Below the pieces are notes generated by a model that was not told the origin of the DNA, searched no databases, and was given only the letters and a program-made list of their open reading frames with translations. DNA of 64,000 nucleotides from Octopus vulgaris. Lineage: Eukaryota. The stretch is from the NCBI GenBank assembly GCA_951406725.2, contig OX597839.1:14508001-14572000 (forward strand), written 5' to 3'. The stretch's first letter is position 1; every line of letters begins with the position of its first letter. The position numbers and the translations under genes are program-made. Shown here one piece after another: positions 53,701-63,783 of this stretch.

Positions 53701-55085
53701 ATAAATGATTTCTAGCGTAAGTATTAGGAAGGTGCATGGCTCAATGATTAAAGCAACAGGCTCACAATCATGTGGTAGTGAGTTTGAGTCCTGGACAGGG
53801 CTGTGTGTTGTATCCTTGAGCAAGACATTTTATTTCATGTTGTTCCACTTCACTCAGCTGTAGGAATGAGTTGCAATGTCACAGGTGCCAAGCTGTATCG
53901 GCTGTTGCCTTTCCCTTGGATAACATCAGTGGCATGGAAGCAGGAGGCTGGGATGCATGGGCAACTGCTGGTCTTCAACAAAACAACCTTGTCCAGACTT
54001 GTGCATCAGAGGGGAACTTTCTAGGGGCAATCCCGTGGTCATTCATGATTGAAGGGGGTCTTTTACTAAGACAGGATGGCCACGGAATGTTTTTGATCAC
54101 AGATCAGTTGGAACAAGGTTGGCCCTGGAAATAATCAACAACAACAACAGAGCCTAAACATGCACAGCCAATGGAACCACTATGCAGTTGCTCAACTACA
54201 AGAAACAGTAGTTAAATCTCCCCTAATTCACACCTCAGGTCTTAAAGAAAAGAAGGACACAGTGGAGACTATAGTTTTGTATAGACTATACTATATAAAA
54301 AGAAAAGAGGTGGGATGGTGGATGGGAAATAATTTTAATCATAGGTCAAATCAATAAGGTCTGGTCTGGGGCTAAAAACTAACAATAACAAAAAAGTAAA
54401 GAAAAAAACAAAGATAAAAAGAAAAAAATGAAGCATCACTGATTTCTTACCAACAATCTTTACGAGAACTATTCCTTCAGCAACACCACCAGCGCTTCTT
54501 GCAAGACAGCGGTACTGGCCTGCATCAGCAGCAGTGACTTCTCTAAAGTACAGGACACCATTACGTTCTTGCACATTGGGAGACATACGACCGTTTAACT
54601 TCTGCCATTCAAGAGTAGTAGGGCCGCTACCTTCTGCTTGACACACCAAACGCATTGGTTCACCAATTCTTGCAGCCACATTGGCAGGAGATATAATCAC
54701 CCGTGTTGCAGCTGAAATAACAAAAGTTACAAATAACATATACATATCACAGTCATTATTTATAAATAATATTATTTTGACTTTACAAATAGGGTTTGAG
54801 TCCTTTAGTCAGTGCCTGTGTAATGCACTTAAGAACACAACCCTATATAACAAGCAATTAGAGATATATAATCCTAAGTGTACACTATCATATATCTGTG
54901 CTCATCAGAGGTAGCCATTATGGAAGGAAATATCATCATCGTTTAACGTCCGCTTTTCATGCTAGCATGGGTTGGATGGTTCGACTGGTGTCTGGGAAGC
55001 CAGGAGGCTGCACCAGGCCCAGTCTTATCTTGCAGTGCTTCTACAGCTGGATGCCCTTCCTAATGCCAACCACTCCGTGAGTGTA

Positions 55086-55139
<54 letters not shown>

Positions 55140-55520
55140 AGAAGTAAAAGAGATTAATAAATCCAGGCAGTTATCTATAAAGCACTCAGTGTTAAATGAA
55201 GTTGGTTAACTGTATCAAACGATCAGATACCAATAAATGCATGTAGAATAAACATCCAAGATAATTCTTCATGTATAACAAGTAAATCCAAATATTGTTT
55301 AGAAGAATTGCAAGAAATTTGGAGTATAAAACAAGAATAAAAATAGAGAAACTCGCCTCTTCAGTTGGTGATTACATCATACATTGCCGATGGTTGTTTC
55401 CCGTTGTGCAAACATATTCAGATATTTTTTTTTGTATCTAAATATGGTGGCACAATAGAAACAATCGTTGGTAATATATGGAGTAATAATCAATTAAAGA
55501 GGTGAGTTTTCCCCATTCTT

Positions 55521-55555
<35 letters not shown>

Positions 55556-58500
55556 TGTATAAAGATCAAAAGTCTTTCCCAAGCAAATCAGGTTTTTACA
55601 TGATTGTGTGTATGTCTATGTCTATGTCTATGTTCTTCCTACATAAATGTCTGCTTGCATATTTAATGTTGTTTATCAGTTTCTACTCTTACACATTCTT
55701 ATTTGCATACCCTTTTCAGTTTGGCACTCTTCTATTATTCAGTCCTCACCCCATCCCACCCCATCTCATATTTATTCCAGACGGTGACTTCTCTATTTCA
55801 TTGCCTGATGAGTTCTGGCTAATGAAACTGATGTCACCAGTGACCTTGCATGTCATTTAACCCTTTAGTATTCAGATCACTCTCAAATGTAATGATTCTT
55901 TATTCACATTATTTTGAAATAATTATGCATTATCTCATAAGTTTCAATGATGTGATTGTTTAATTTCAAAATGATGCTGTAGGGTAGATGTGAGAGACCA
56001 GATCCAGCCACTTTGAACACGAAACAGGTAGAATATTTTAACTGGATATGGCCAGTTTAAATGTAATATATGCTTCAATTCAAAGATTTGTCCAGACTAT
56101 ATTGGTTCCATCATGAGTAAAAACTCTTATTCAAGTTAGTAAAGGGAGTAAAAGATAGAGACTGTGTGTATATTCTTTTTCTCTTTTTTAATAGAGGGGG
56201 GGGAGGAGGTATTTCTTGATTCCTTTGCTAACGTGAATAAGAAGTGTCATTCTTGATGAAACCAAAATAGGGATGAAATGAGTCTCTGAACCAAAGAACT
56301 AAACAGTCAAACAAAACAACATTATTATTATTACTACTAGTGTGGTGAGTTGGCAGAATCATTAGCACACCAGGCAAAATGCTTAATAGCATTTCGTCTG
56401 TCTTATGTTCTGAGTTCAAATGCAGCCAAAGTTGATCTTGCTTGTCATCCTTTCAGGGTGTAGTCTCTTCCTGCTGGCGTACTGCAGCAAATTGTTTTGT
56501 TATGAGATTTAGTTTCTTGTTATATTAGCGTGCACTGTGTTGTATGTGGTGTGTGTAAATGTTTTATTGGACCTTAATCTTATATAGTATATATGTTGCG
56601 TAATTTGAGTTGTTTTAGATTATTAGATGCCTATTGTATAGAGTGTGTGAAAATTATTATCGTTATCATCAATGATCTGGTCAATTACAGGTAGAATACA
56701 CTGAAATGTCTTACATGAAACAATAATCATGAAACTAATTGAAAACACGCCCTCGGCGGTGCTGGTCTGACAGATATATTCGCCTTCAAAGTCCTTGGTA
56801 ATCTTTGGAATGGTGAGTGTTCCATTAGATGTAGTGTGTCCAGGTGGAAGAGGACCATTTCGTCTTCTCCAAGTGACCCTAGAGCCACCAAAATCTGAAA
56901 GATCAAGAGCTCGTTAGTGTTTTAACAATCAGTACATATAAAACAGTAGGTTTGTCAATTTATATGTTTGTAGATAAAACCAAGACATGTTTTGTTCGTT
57001 ATTTTTACAAGTAGTGTATGACATTATTGTTGTCTCTGAAGGAGATAACCCTTTCATCAATTTCTTTTCAAATATTAGTTATGTTTTGGTTAAAGATTAG
57101 ATTTATTAAACTGTAATTTTGAATACAAAGGTACAAAAAGCATGTTTACTAATTAAAAAAAAAACGTCTTAAGATGCAAACCTTTCACAACTTTTATAAT
57201 TAATCAGTTTAAACAATGAAATAAATAATACTAATCTTTAAGCTAAGTTTCCTTCTCTTCATCCGATGAACATTATTAATTAATGAGGATTTTTTTTATC
57301 TCACTACATTGAATATGGTTGCCTAAAACTGACTGTTATTTTTGTGTGTGGATGGCATCCCTAAATAATTTCCCTCAATCATGATAATGCTTGATTTCTT
57401 CTCTAATAAATTATTATAGATGGACATAATGATGCTCCTATCACAAATATGGCAAGTAAATAGAACAGGCTATTTTTCACTGAAGTGGTTTAATAAGAAT
57501 GAAACATGTCCAGAGTTGTCACTGATACTTACTAAAATCAGATTAAACTATTTTAGGTTAATGAGTTAGGATTTTATTTCTTCTCACTGCATAAATAATA
57601 TTAAATAACTAGACAATCTTTTTCTTTTTTCATTACTTTAAGTCTAAAGCCACTAACTCGGCAACTATTGCTCTGTAATATATTTTGAATACACATTTAT
57701 TGTTCCTTCACATTGGTACTCGCTAATACTTTTGTGACATGACGCAGATGTCATTCTCTGTATAGAGGCTATTAGTAATTTATTTGTAATATGATGTAAT
57801 TTTTGTATTTGAAATTTTACTTTTCACTTAACACTTTCAACATCAACATGCCTGAAATCATCTCTTGCTTTCACTGTTTATGTCTATTTAAGGAAAAGTC
57901 AAGCAGCACCATTAAATCTGATATTTCATAGATCTGAGGTGAGGAATGAATACCAGGACAAATTTCAAGTAAGAACCTGTACTGAGAAAAATAATGTATC
58001 TTTTTCTTACAAATTCATAATTGTGTGGTTCATATTAAATAACTCTTCTGGTATTGAAACTTAAAGCAGCTGTCTTTTTTCATATGTGCTTTTAGCCCTT
58101 AAACAGTATGAGAAGAGTTGCATAAACGTTTTGTTTTTCCAAATGGGAAATAAACAAAAGATATTTTCTAAGAGTAATTTTTATACTTATTTTCAAATAC
58201 TATAATTGTTAGTCTCTGGTATAATAAGATTTACAGTCTCATTATTGAAAAGTACTGTAAAATATTTACTTTCCTCTAATGGCAGCTGAACCCATGTAAA
58301 ATTTTTGAAACCCTGGTTGATGATGACTACTGTTCTCTAAATAAACATCATAAGATGATGTCTGTAGATTAAGGGTCAAAGTGGTTTCAAATATGAACAA
58401 AGAAAATATGTTGCCTGTGCTCATATTGGATCAGGGATGTTCTCCACTACAGGGTTAGATCCTCATTGATTTTGCAAAGATTAACAGAAAAAGAATAAGA

Positions 58501-61500
58501 CAGTAAAAATCTTGTCAAAAGAAATAAAAAGAGTCAGGGTAAGTAACTTACTTTGAGATTCACATTTCACAATGACGTTTTTACCTTCAGTTACTCTGAG
58601 AATATTATCCTCTGGTGGTGTGATGACATCATTTCTTTCAACTATAATAATAATGATAATAATCGTTAATAATACAGACACAAGGCCACAAACAACTATC
58701 ATATACACAAAAGCAAAACTGAAATCTATAAATGCTGCAGTTTTTGAGGTTTACTTGAAGGTCTCTAACTCAAGGGAACAAAGAGAAAAAGATGTCTTCC
58801 AAGAAGGAACAGAAGTCAATATATAGAGAAAAAGGATTTCACTAAATGCCTAGTACAGGGTTTGGAGATGAGATATGATAAAGATTTTGGAGCTTGAAGA
58901 AAGAAAGAAGGCAAAACTAAACAAGTTATATTAAGAAAAGTCTCTCTTACACACACACACACACACACTTATACATACACACACAGACACAAATGTGTGT
59001 GTGCATACACAAAATATTTCTGATCTTGAGCGCATTTAATTATCCTTCTTGAAATAAAAATTGTGCCCTGTAACTCACCTATAACTTGAATCCTTTCTTC
59101 AGCTCTTCCTCCACTGTTCTCAGCCACACACACATAATGCCTAGAATCAGAAAGTTTGGCTTGGTTGATCTCCAATACAGCAACATGCTGGACTGCTCCT
59201 GGGCTTCTGTTGACATCATAACTCGGTTGTTGAGCCCAGTAGACATTTGGGCGTGGATCTCCTTCAGCTGCACATTCAACAGTGACGCGTTCTCCTTCCC
59301 TGACACGTATTGGACCCCTTGGAGTGACTGTAATCTTTGGTGGGCCTGGAATATACATAAAATATACACATGTATGTATAAATACATATAGTATGCATTG
59401 CACACAAGAATATACGGACATAATAACCTACACAAATATACATACAGTATACAACCCTTTCATCAATTTCATTTTAACAAGCAGCTTTAAAAGAAAATTT
59501 AAAATCTTTTTCAAATATTAGTTATGTTTTGGTTAAAGATTAGATTTATTAAACTGTAATTTTGAATACAAAGGTACAAAAAGCATGTTTACTAAAATAA
59601 AAAAAAAAACGTCTTAATATGCAAACCTTTCACAACTTTTATAATTAATCAGTTTAAACAATGAAACTGACTATCTTTCAAGAGTAGATTAAAATAATAC
59701 TAATCTTTAAGCTAAGTTTCCGTCTCTTCATCTGGTGAACATTATTAATTAATGAGGATTTTTTTTACCTCACTACATTGAATATGGTTGCCTAAAACTG
59801 ACTGTTATTTTTGTGTGTGGATACATTTAATTTTGTTAGGGCAAAAGCCTCAGAAAGCACCCTTAAAAGCTCTTATGCTCCTTTTTGTTAGCTACCACCT
59901 GTTAATTCATCATTCAGAGTAATCTGAAGGTATGGTTATACAGCATGGAACTCCTTTCAGCCTAAGACAGATATCTTATAATAATTCTGCTTGTCATTGC
60001 ATTACTTAGCCCCTTGGTTGTGCTTTCATGTGATTAGAGAAAAAAAGGGAGAAAGAAAAAGAGGATAAGGTGAAGAGTGAGACAGAAAGAGGGAGAGCAA
60101 AGCATCCATGATGTGAGATAGGGGCAGTGTAATATTTATTATGTGGTTAAAAGAGTTAGTTAAAGGCAAAGGAGGAGAGTTAAAAATATAATTTTAGCAG
60201 ATGATGAGGTTAAAGAAAAACACAGAAAGGGGGAGAGAGAGAGAGGAAGAAGAGGAGGGAGAGAGATGATGGTGGTGATGGTAGTGATTACTGGATAGTG
60301 AAAAGTGTATTTTTTTTTTTAATTGAACTGTTTTTTATGTCACCTATCACTTAATGCATGTCCCTATGTGAAATTCCATGAAATATTCATGCTTATTTAC
60401 ATGGCAGATATGTGTAATCTAACTAAAGGACGTATCATATAGATGGTATATTTTTGGTTTGTTTATAGGAAAAATGAAAAAGTAAGAGTGAATAATTATT
60501 TTGTGAGTGCTGTGTATTAAGTCTATAAAATTGTGCATAGAGTATATAAACTGTAAATTATGTGAATTCATAGCAGCTGGATTCTGTCTATAATGTATAC
60601 TGACGTCAGTGTGAAGTGGTCTGAATCAAGATACAACAATTTGAAATATAATCCACCAAGTGAAACTACATATTTTGTAAACTAGGATCTCTCTTTCTTT
60701 CATATATATGTTTGTGCTTGTGGGTGTGTGTATGTGCTGCCTTGTCTTGGACATTGCATGATAGCTATGAGTGATACCAGTCATAGAAGCAGTATCATTC
60801 ATTTCCAATCTTCCATGGGGGATGTAGTATCTTGCTAGGAAACAAATGGGAGTTAGCCACAGGAAGAGTGTCCAGCTATTGAATATATGCCTCAGCAAAT
60901 TCCATCTGACCCATGCAAGCATGAAAAAACATGAGCATTTAAATGATGATAATGATTATGAGGAATTACTGAAGATTTCTCTTTTTTTCTCTCAGCATTT
61001 GTCTTTTTCATGCATGCCTCTGTCATATTCATGGCAATTCATTTAATGCTTTTCTCTCAAGTTCATAAATCACTGTTCAAGTGGATTTAGCTGCAAATCC
61101 ACAACATCCCACCTCAATTTGAAGCATTGTGTACTGTTGTTCTCATACTTCATAAGATTCCTTATATATATATTTTATATTTTAGGCCTTTCCTTTCATA
61201 TACCTATTCCATATTTCTTTCCCAAGAAACCATCAACTCAACAGTAGGGAGAATTTATTTTAGGTTGTACCATACCAAAAGTGCAAGTATTGCTTCATTA
61301 TTGTAATCATCATCATCATCATCATCATCATTTAGCGTCCGCTTTCCATGCTAGCATGGGTTGGATGGTTCAACTGGGGTCTGGGAAGCCAGAAGGCTGC
61401 ACCAGGCCCAGTCTGATCTGGCAATGTTTCTACGGCTGGATGCCCTTCCTAATGCCAACCACTCCGTGAGTGTAGTGGGTGCTTTTTACGTGCCAGACGG

Positions 61501-61918
61501 GGCTGGCAAACCAGTGCCGGTGGCACTATTATAATATAATATAACATGAGAACATATTCCAAATTTACTTGTACCGGCTTGACAGAGCGTTTTCCATCAA
61601 CATTATAACACACATAACGACAACAATATTGCATTAAGTAGTGATAGCTTTTACTGACCGCTAATCAAAAGTGTAGCTGTAGCAGTGACAGTACCAACAG
61701 CATTGGTAGCAGTACATATATATCCTCCTTGATCAAGTGTGGATACTTGGGTAAATCGGATGACACCATTTTCAGCAATTTGGGCATTTCTGGTCATAGG
61801 CTCATCACCAACCCTTCAAAGTAAAAGAAAATATAGATATTCCAATTGAATTAGATAACATAGACCTTTGATAATTACAATAATATAAGTACAAAACAAG
61901 AATACACACAGTTAAATA

Positions 61919-61985
<67 letters not shown>

Positions 61986-63240
61986 ATACATACATATATA
62001 CCATAAAAACTCATGTAATTTGCACACCTGTGTTATTTAAGCAGGTGATCTTCAGGGTAAAAATTGTTAAAAAAAGTTTCTACTCATGTAAAATTTGCAC
62101 CCAAAAGTTTTCAGAATTGCTGATATAGCCAGGGAGAAAAAAATTTTTCAATTTAGTTGTATTTAGCATAATTTCATTCACTTATGTTTAGATTTTATTA
62201 AATTTTCATTAAATACAAATAATTTCTGTTTAACAGGTATCACTTTGAAAGCTATCAAATTACAAAGTGTTTGTGTATAATAAACTTTATTTTACATTTC
62301 TTGCCCACAAGAGATTATGTCCGATCTTTAGCATACTTCTGTATGTCTTCTCAAATCACGATCACAGGAAAAGTTGTTGATAAGAATTACCAACAAAAAC
62401 AAAGCTGATAAATACGCACAAGTGTTGCAAAATAAGTTTAATTACCAACCAACATCAGCTTGGATGACACTTTACTCAACCGACAGAGGAAGGTGACCGA
62501 TCAAACTGATTATGTAAACAGAATTCTGATTGGTCGAAAGTGTCTTCTTGTCTCAAGCTCTGATTTTCTGCCTATTTTTGTGTGAACTTTTGATATGGTC
62601 TATCAAAATTTTAATCCCTTTCGCACTTATAAAATGTTAAGCAAACTTTAAAATTTATCATTATTGTTTTAGCCGGGAGACCAAACTGATAGTTTGGTAA
62701 CCCACTTACCTCCCCTCTCTTGCTCTGACACTTACTTCCTCTCTTCACTCCTACCTACCTTCTCCCTTCATCGCCACCCCCTCTTTTGTTACCCCACCTA
62801 CCCCATTCCTTACACCCCACACACACCAGCACTGACCACTTCCCAGTACCCACACCATCATCCACACACCTACACATGCACACACGCACATGTCAAGGTC
62901 ACCAGCCCCTTTCCACATGCACACCATTTTGGGATCACTACTACTTTATTATCTCCCTTTCTTCCTAGCTCTCCTGTGTGACCCCTCTGTCTAATATTCG
63001 CCATGATACATCACTAGTCACTAAACCTTTTTTATTTTCTCTCTCTGCTTATTTCTGTGTTCCTTTCTGTCAAAGAGCATAGGCTCAAAACGTAAAAGAC
63101 TTTCTCACTTTCTGAGTGTTAAACTAATACATCTGTTTGTTGTTTACACACCCGTCTTCGTCTTTTGTTGTTTTATTTTGTGAATTCTCATTATATATAT
63201 ATATAGGTAGATAGATGATAGATAGATAGATATGTGTATG

Positions 63241-63286
<46 letters not shown>

Positions 63287-63783
63287 CATATACACACACA
63301 CATACACACACACACTTCAATGATTTTTAAAATTCCAGTTGGCTAGTTATCTCTAAGGTCTTACCGTTTCCAGGTGATTGTTGGTGAGGGAATTCCAGCT
63401 GTTGCTCTACATTGGAATAGTGCACTACCACCACTCTGAATGCTCTGGGTTCCTTTTGGATAAAGGTCTATCACAGGCAATTCTCTCCCTACAAAGATAA
63501 AAGTACAAGGTTTCAGTTAAGATTAACAAAGCAAAATAATAATAGAAAGAAAAAGAGAACAACTGATTAAGGTTATCCATGAAGTGAAATCAAAGCAATG
63601 ATGTATACCACCACTTAAGCAAAAATGCTAGAAGATCAAGCAGAAAACAAATTAAAGGCTCTTACTTTCAACTTCAACAATCACTGATGTCTGAGCAGAA
63701 CCAGCGACATTTCTGGCCTCACAAACATAGATTCCACGGTCTTCAACCATCGTTTCTGTGATTCTTAGAACATTGCCCGAAAC
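379..63783 (-). CDS. HSPG2: Perlecan (basement-membrane heparan sulfate proteoglycan core protein), internal part: 23 exons, Ig x7.5 - LG1 - EGF - EGF - LG2 - EGF - EGF; gene continues beyond both window ends
   Basis: Manually spliced GT-AG exons sum to 3520 nt (phase 0 in, phase 1 out) with no stop. Tandem I-set Ig domains followed directly by LG-EGF-EGF-LG-EGF-EGF is the perlecan domain IV/V architecture; agrin and pikachurin lack the Ig array. Confidence 0.95.
3734..3905 (-). CDS. HSPG2: perlecan exon, LG2 end + EGF3 ([57 protein letters not shown])
   Basis: atcag/gtcag; EGF Cys pattern. Confidence 0.93.
5023..5523 (-). pseudogene. RPLP0: processed pseudogene of 60S acidic ribosomal protein P0 (5'UTR plus about the first 155 codons)
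   Basis: From ATG at 5483: [40 protein letters not shown]...[37 protein letters not shown]...[31 protein letters not shown]. Matches the P0 N-terminus; intronless, with stops and a frameshift. Confidence 0.93.
5958..6085 (-). CDS. HSPG2: perlecan exon, LG2 ([42 protein letters not shown])
   Basis: aatag/gtaagt; GLNL..PLYLGG and GFVGCI motifs. Confidence 0.94.
6541..6700. repeat. compound (TA)n/(CA)n/(TG)n microsatellite, representative of dozens in the window
   Basis: Direct observation; these tracts explain the IYIYIY/CVCV ORFs. Confidence 0.95.
9985..10233. mobile_element. MITE family with ttaaccctttagcatt-type termini, piggyBac-like (related copies near 2920-3136, 9693-9910, 55857-56065)
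   Basis: Degenerate inverted ends gcccttcagcattca...tgaatgctaaagggtt; TTAA-CCCTT start at 55857. Confidence 0.5.
11862..12166. repeat. perfect 305-bp palindrome (152-bp arms, 1-nt spacer at 12014)
   Basis: tcaacaatcaaggaacggcc...ccgtttcatctac T gtagatgaaacgg...ggccgttccttgattgttga; arms appear mismatch-free by eye. Confidence 0.95.
20467..20505 (-). CDS. candidate 39-nt cassette microexon inside perlecan LG2 ([13 protein letters not shown])
   Basis: Acceptor tctactgaatttcttcttttgtcccccag, donor GAG|gtatat; phase 1-1, no stop; no transcript evidence available. Confidence 0.4.
20900..21416 (+). mobile_element. non-autonomous Helitron, intact ends
   Basis: 5' A|TCTATATATATAAA; 3' GC hairpin cccgagcaacgccggg then CTAG|T; inserted at AT with no TSD; CpG-rich. 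Confidence 0.88.
24912..25320 (+). mobile_element. full-length tRNA-derived SINE (Octopus-type) with internal (TA)/(TG) tract
   Basis: A-box tggctgtgtagtaag, B-box-like ggttcagtccc, 3' tail ggtgctccagcatggccgcagtcaaatgactgaaacaag; multiple copies in the window. Confidence 0.82.
26244..26360 (-). CDS. HSPG2: perlecan exon, LG2 middle ([38 protein letters not shown])
   Basis: ccctag/gtaagt; 117 nt, phase 1-1. Confidence 0.92.
26436..26820 (-). mobile_element. same tRNA-SINE family, minus strand (other copies near 3375-3705 +, 25500-25650 -, 43375-43510 -)
   Basis: Reverse complement of the 24912 element. Confidence 0.8.
28001..28225 (-). CDS. HSPG2: perlecan exon, LG2 start ([25 protein letters not shown]...[23 protein letters not shown])
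   Basis: Overlaps ORF 27981..28217(-); ctcag/gtcag. Confidence 0.93.
32192..32312 (+). pseudogene. diverged 5S rRNA copy (head of a putative SINE3-type element extending to about 32385)
   Basis: acggccatattacattttaaagcatcggttcttgtctgatcaccgaagttaaacaacatcgagcctagttagtacttagatgggtgactgcttgggaaacctaggtgctgtaagc aligns over about 120 nt to eukaryotic 5S rRNA including box A/C; single copy, no array. Confidence 0.88.
32490..32940 (-). mobile_element. 3' fragment of a CRE-like non-LTR retrotransposon (restriction-like endonuclease domain)
   Basis: [12 protein letters not shown]...[30 protein letters not shown]...[21 protein letters not shown] fits the WDVTV...AE..K..KY..L...F.P...ET.G...QRLS..I.RGN pattern. 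Confidence 0.72.
33575..34320 (-). mobile_element. 5'-truncated RTE-clade LINE (ORF C-terminus, 3'UTR, (ATG)n tail)
   Basis: [43 protein letters not shown]...DRDLWR; ends in a GAT-repeat tail. Confidence 0.85.
35064..35335 (+). repeat. three tandem copies of an ~100-bp AT-rich unit with a variable (TA)n spacer
   Basis: taatatattgaaaaagtatatatgcatacatttataatatattaaatgtatttatatata occurs three times. Confidence 0.85.
35595..35693 (-). CDS. HSPG2: perlecan exon, EGF2 ([32 protein letters not shown])
   Basis: accag/gtgag; EGF Cys spacing. Confidence 0.92.
37850..38420 (+). mobile_element. degenerate Penelope-like element (RT linker and GIY-YIG region)
   Basis: [14 protein letters not shown]; [24 protein letters not shown]; [13 protein letters not shown]. 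These match the PLE pattern [13 protein letters not shown]...CNCR..CPL.G.CL...NST.LS.YVW.LK; many stops. Confidence 0.65.
40348..40566 (-). CDS. HSPG2: perlecan exon, LG1 end + EGF1 (GVSQVVIGG...[43 protein letters not shown])
   Basis: Within ORF 40277..40561(-); 6-Cys EGF pattern; catag/gtaaa. Confidence 0.94.
41010..41156 (-). CDS. HSPG2: perlecan exon, LG1 ([48 protein letters not shown])
   Basis: ctag/gtaag; FQGLDL...LYLGG motif. Confidence 0.94.
41491..41670 (-). CDS. HSPG2: perlecan exon, LG1 ([59 protein letters not shown])
   Basis: Within ORF 41462..41686(-); GDF, EFRF.VGSG and WHTV motifs. Confidence 0.94.
41810..42110 (-). mobile_element. third tRNA-derived SINE-like element
   Basis: Minus-strand A box tggcccagtggttagg and B-box-like ggtttcaattcc; GC-rich body. 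Confidence 0.6.
42416..43010 (-). mobile_element. Helitron RepHel (Pif1-like helicase) C-terminal remnant
   Basis: Translates to [42 protein letters not shown]...[53 protein letters not shown]...[11 protein letters not shown], with frameshifts and a stop. Confidence 0.9.
43641..43754 (-). CDS. HSPG2: perlecan exon, LG1 start ([37 protein letters not shown])
   Basis: ttccag/gtaag; VPYF.Q.P.SY pattern typical of the perlecan LG1 start. Confidence 0.93.
43821..44025 (-). repeat. dispersed repeat carrying a decayed minimal hammerhead ribozyme (second copy about 1538-1735, partial copy about 1881-1927)
   Basis: Two ~200-bp homologous copies; minus strand reads catca-TTGACAA-gacc aagaaa ggtt-GAAA-tcacgtga-TC-tgat. 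Confidence 0.6.
44905..45300 (+). mobile_element. RTE-clade LINE 3' fragment
   Basis: [39 protein letters not shown] plus the family 3'UTR (ttggcattaggaagggtatccag). Confidence 0.75.
45433..45560 (-). CDS. HSPG2: perlecan exon, C-part of last Ig ([42 protein letters not shown])
   Basis: aacag/gtaag; EDAGTYYC motif. Confidence 0.93.
46260..46392 (-). CDS. HSPG2: perlecan exon, Ig N-part ([43 protein letters not shown])
   Basis: ttcag/gtaag; [13 protein letters not shown] motif. Confidence 0.92.
47560..47798 (+). mobile_element. RTE-LINE 3'UTR copy in opposite orientation
   Basis: Reverse complement of the 52441 and 61305 copies, ending ...catggaaagcggatgatgatgatg. Confidence 0.8.
47927..48109 (-). 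CDS. HSPG2: perlecan exon, Ig C-part ([60 protein letters not shown])
   Basis: ttcag/gtaag; EDAGTYKC motif. Confidence 0.93.
49051..49137 (-). CDS. HSPG2: perlecan exon, Ig N-part ([28 protein letters not shown])
   Basis: cacag/gtaag; 87 nt, phase 1-1. Confidence 0.9.
49955..50359 (-). mobile_element. same tRNA-SINE family, full-length, minus strand
   Basis: Reverse complement of the 24912 element from head to tail. Confidence 0.82.
50824..50921 (-). CDS. HSPG2: perlecan exon, Ig C-part ([32 protein letters not shown])
   Basis: ttcag/gtaag; DQGRYMC motif. Confidence 0.92.
52441..52758 (-). mobile_element. RTE-LINE 3'UTR copy (others near 5594-5735, 10885-11165, 33180-33370, 51172-51430, 54932-55086, 61305-61526)
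   Basis: Shared catcatcattta..gtccgctttccatgctagcatggg...ctggatgcccttcctaa.gccaaccactccgtgagtgtagt; same as the 3'UTR of the 33575 element. Confidence 0.8.
53084..53246 (-). CDS. HSPG2: perlecan exon, Ig N-part ([53 protein letters not shown])
   Basis: ttccag/gtaag; [13 protein letters not shown] motif. Confidence 0.93.
53727..54062 (+). mobile_element. tRNA-derived SINE with CORE-like central domain (copies at 51490-51826 - and 36170-36495 -)
   Basis: tRNA-like head, then ccttgagcaagacattttatttcatgttg...cactcagctgtag.aatgagt; three copies. Confidence 0.72.
54451..54711 (-). CDS. HSPG2: perlecan exon, complete Ig ([29 protein letters not shown]...[25 protein letters not shown])
   Basis: Within ORF 54335..54745(-); ttcag/gtaag. 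Confidence 0.94.
56340..56460 (+). mobile_element. Nin/Deu-domain-like SINE fragment (degenerate minus copies near 3170-3295, 8130-8450, 16590-16790, 21680-21920, 38480-38900)
   Basis: gagttcaaat...gttgatcttgcttgtcatcctttcagggt resembles the Deu/Nin core GCCTTTCATCCTTCCGAGGTCG. Confidence 0.6.
56715..56894 (-). CDS. HSPG2: perlecan exon, Ig C-part ([59 protein letters not shown])
   Basis: ttcag/gtaag; W, GTLTI and EGEYIC motifs. Confidence 0.92.
57047..57352 (+). repeat. local direct duplication, partner at 59452-59822
   Basis: Near-identical AT-rich block aaccctttcatcaatttc...ttttgtgtgtggat; this copy lacks two ~35-bp segments. Confidence 0.9.
58552..58641 (-). CDS. HSPG2: perlecan exon, Ig N-part ([29 protein letters not shown])
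   Basis: tatag/gtaag; 90 nt, phase 1-1. Confidence 0.88.
59079..59345 (-). CDS. HSPG2: perlecan exon, complete Ig ([36 protein letters not shown]...[23 protein letters not shown])
   Basis: Within ORF 58969..59421(-); ccag/gtgag splice sites. Confidence 0.93.
   Translation of the reverse strand, partial: AHQRLQSLQGVQYVSGKENASLLNVQLKEIHAQMSTGLNNRVMMSTEAQEQSSMLLYWRSTKPNFLILGIMCVWLRTVEEELKKGFKL
61659..61813 (-). CDS. HSPG2: perlecan exon, Ig C-half ([51 protein letters not shown])
   Basis: tttgaag/gtcag; DQGGYIC motif; phase 2 to 1. Confidence 0.92.
63365..63488 (-). CDS. HSPG2: perlecan exon, Ig N-half ([40 protein letters not shown])
   Basis: tttgtag/gtaag; C...P.P.I.W I-set pattern; phase 1 to 2. 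Confidence 0.92.
63666..63783 (-). CDS. HSPG2: perlecan exon, Ig C-half ([39 protein letters not shown])
   Basis: ttttacaag acceptor, gtaag donor; D-x-G-x-Y-x-C motif. Confidence 0.92.

Noticed and set aside
62650-63190. Possible Penelope-type end with a decayed hammerhead-like hairpin (gagc-atag-gctc); similar hint at 37540-37620
   Set aside because: Catalytic boxes not recognisable, and single copies give no consensus support.
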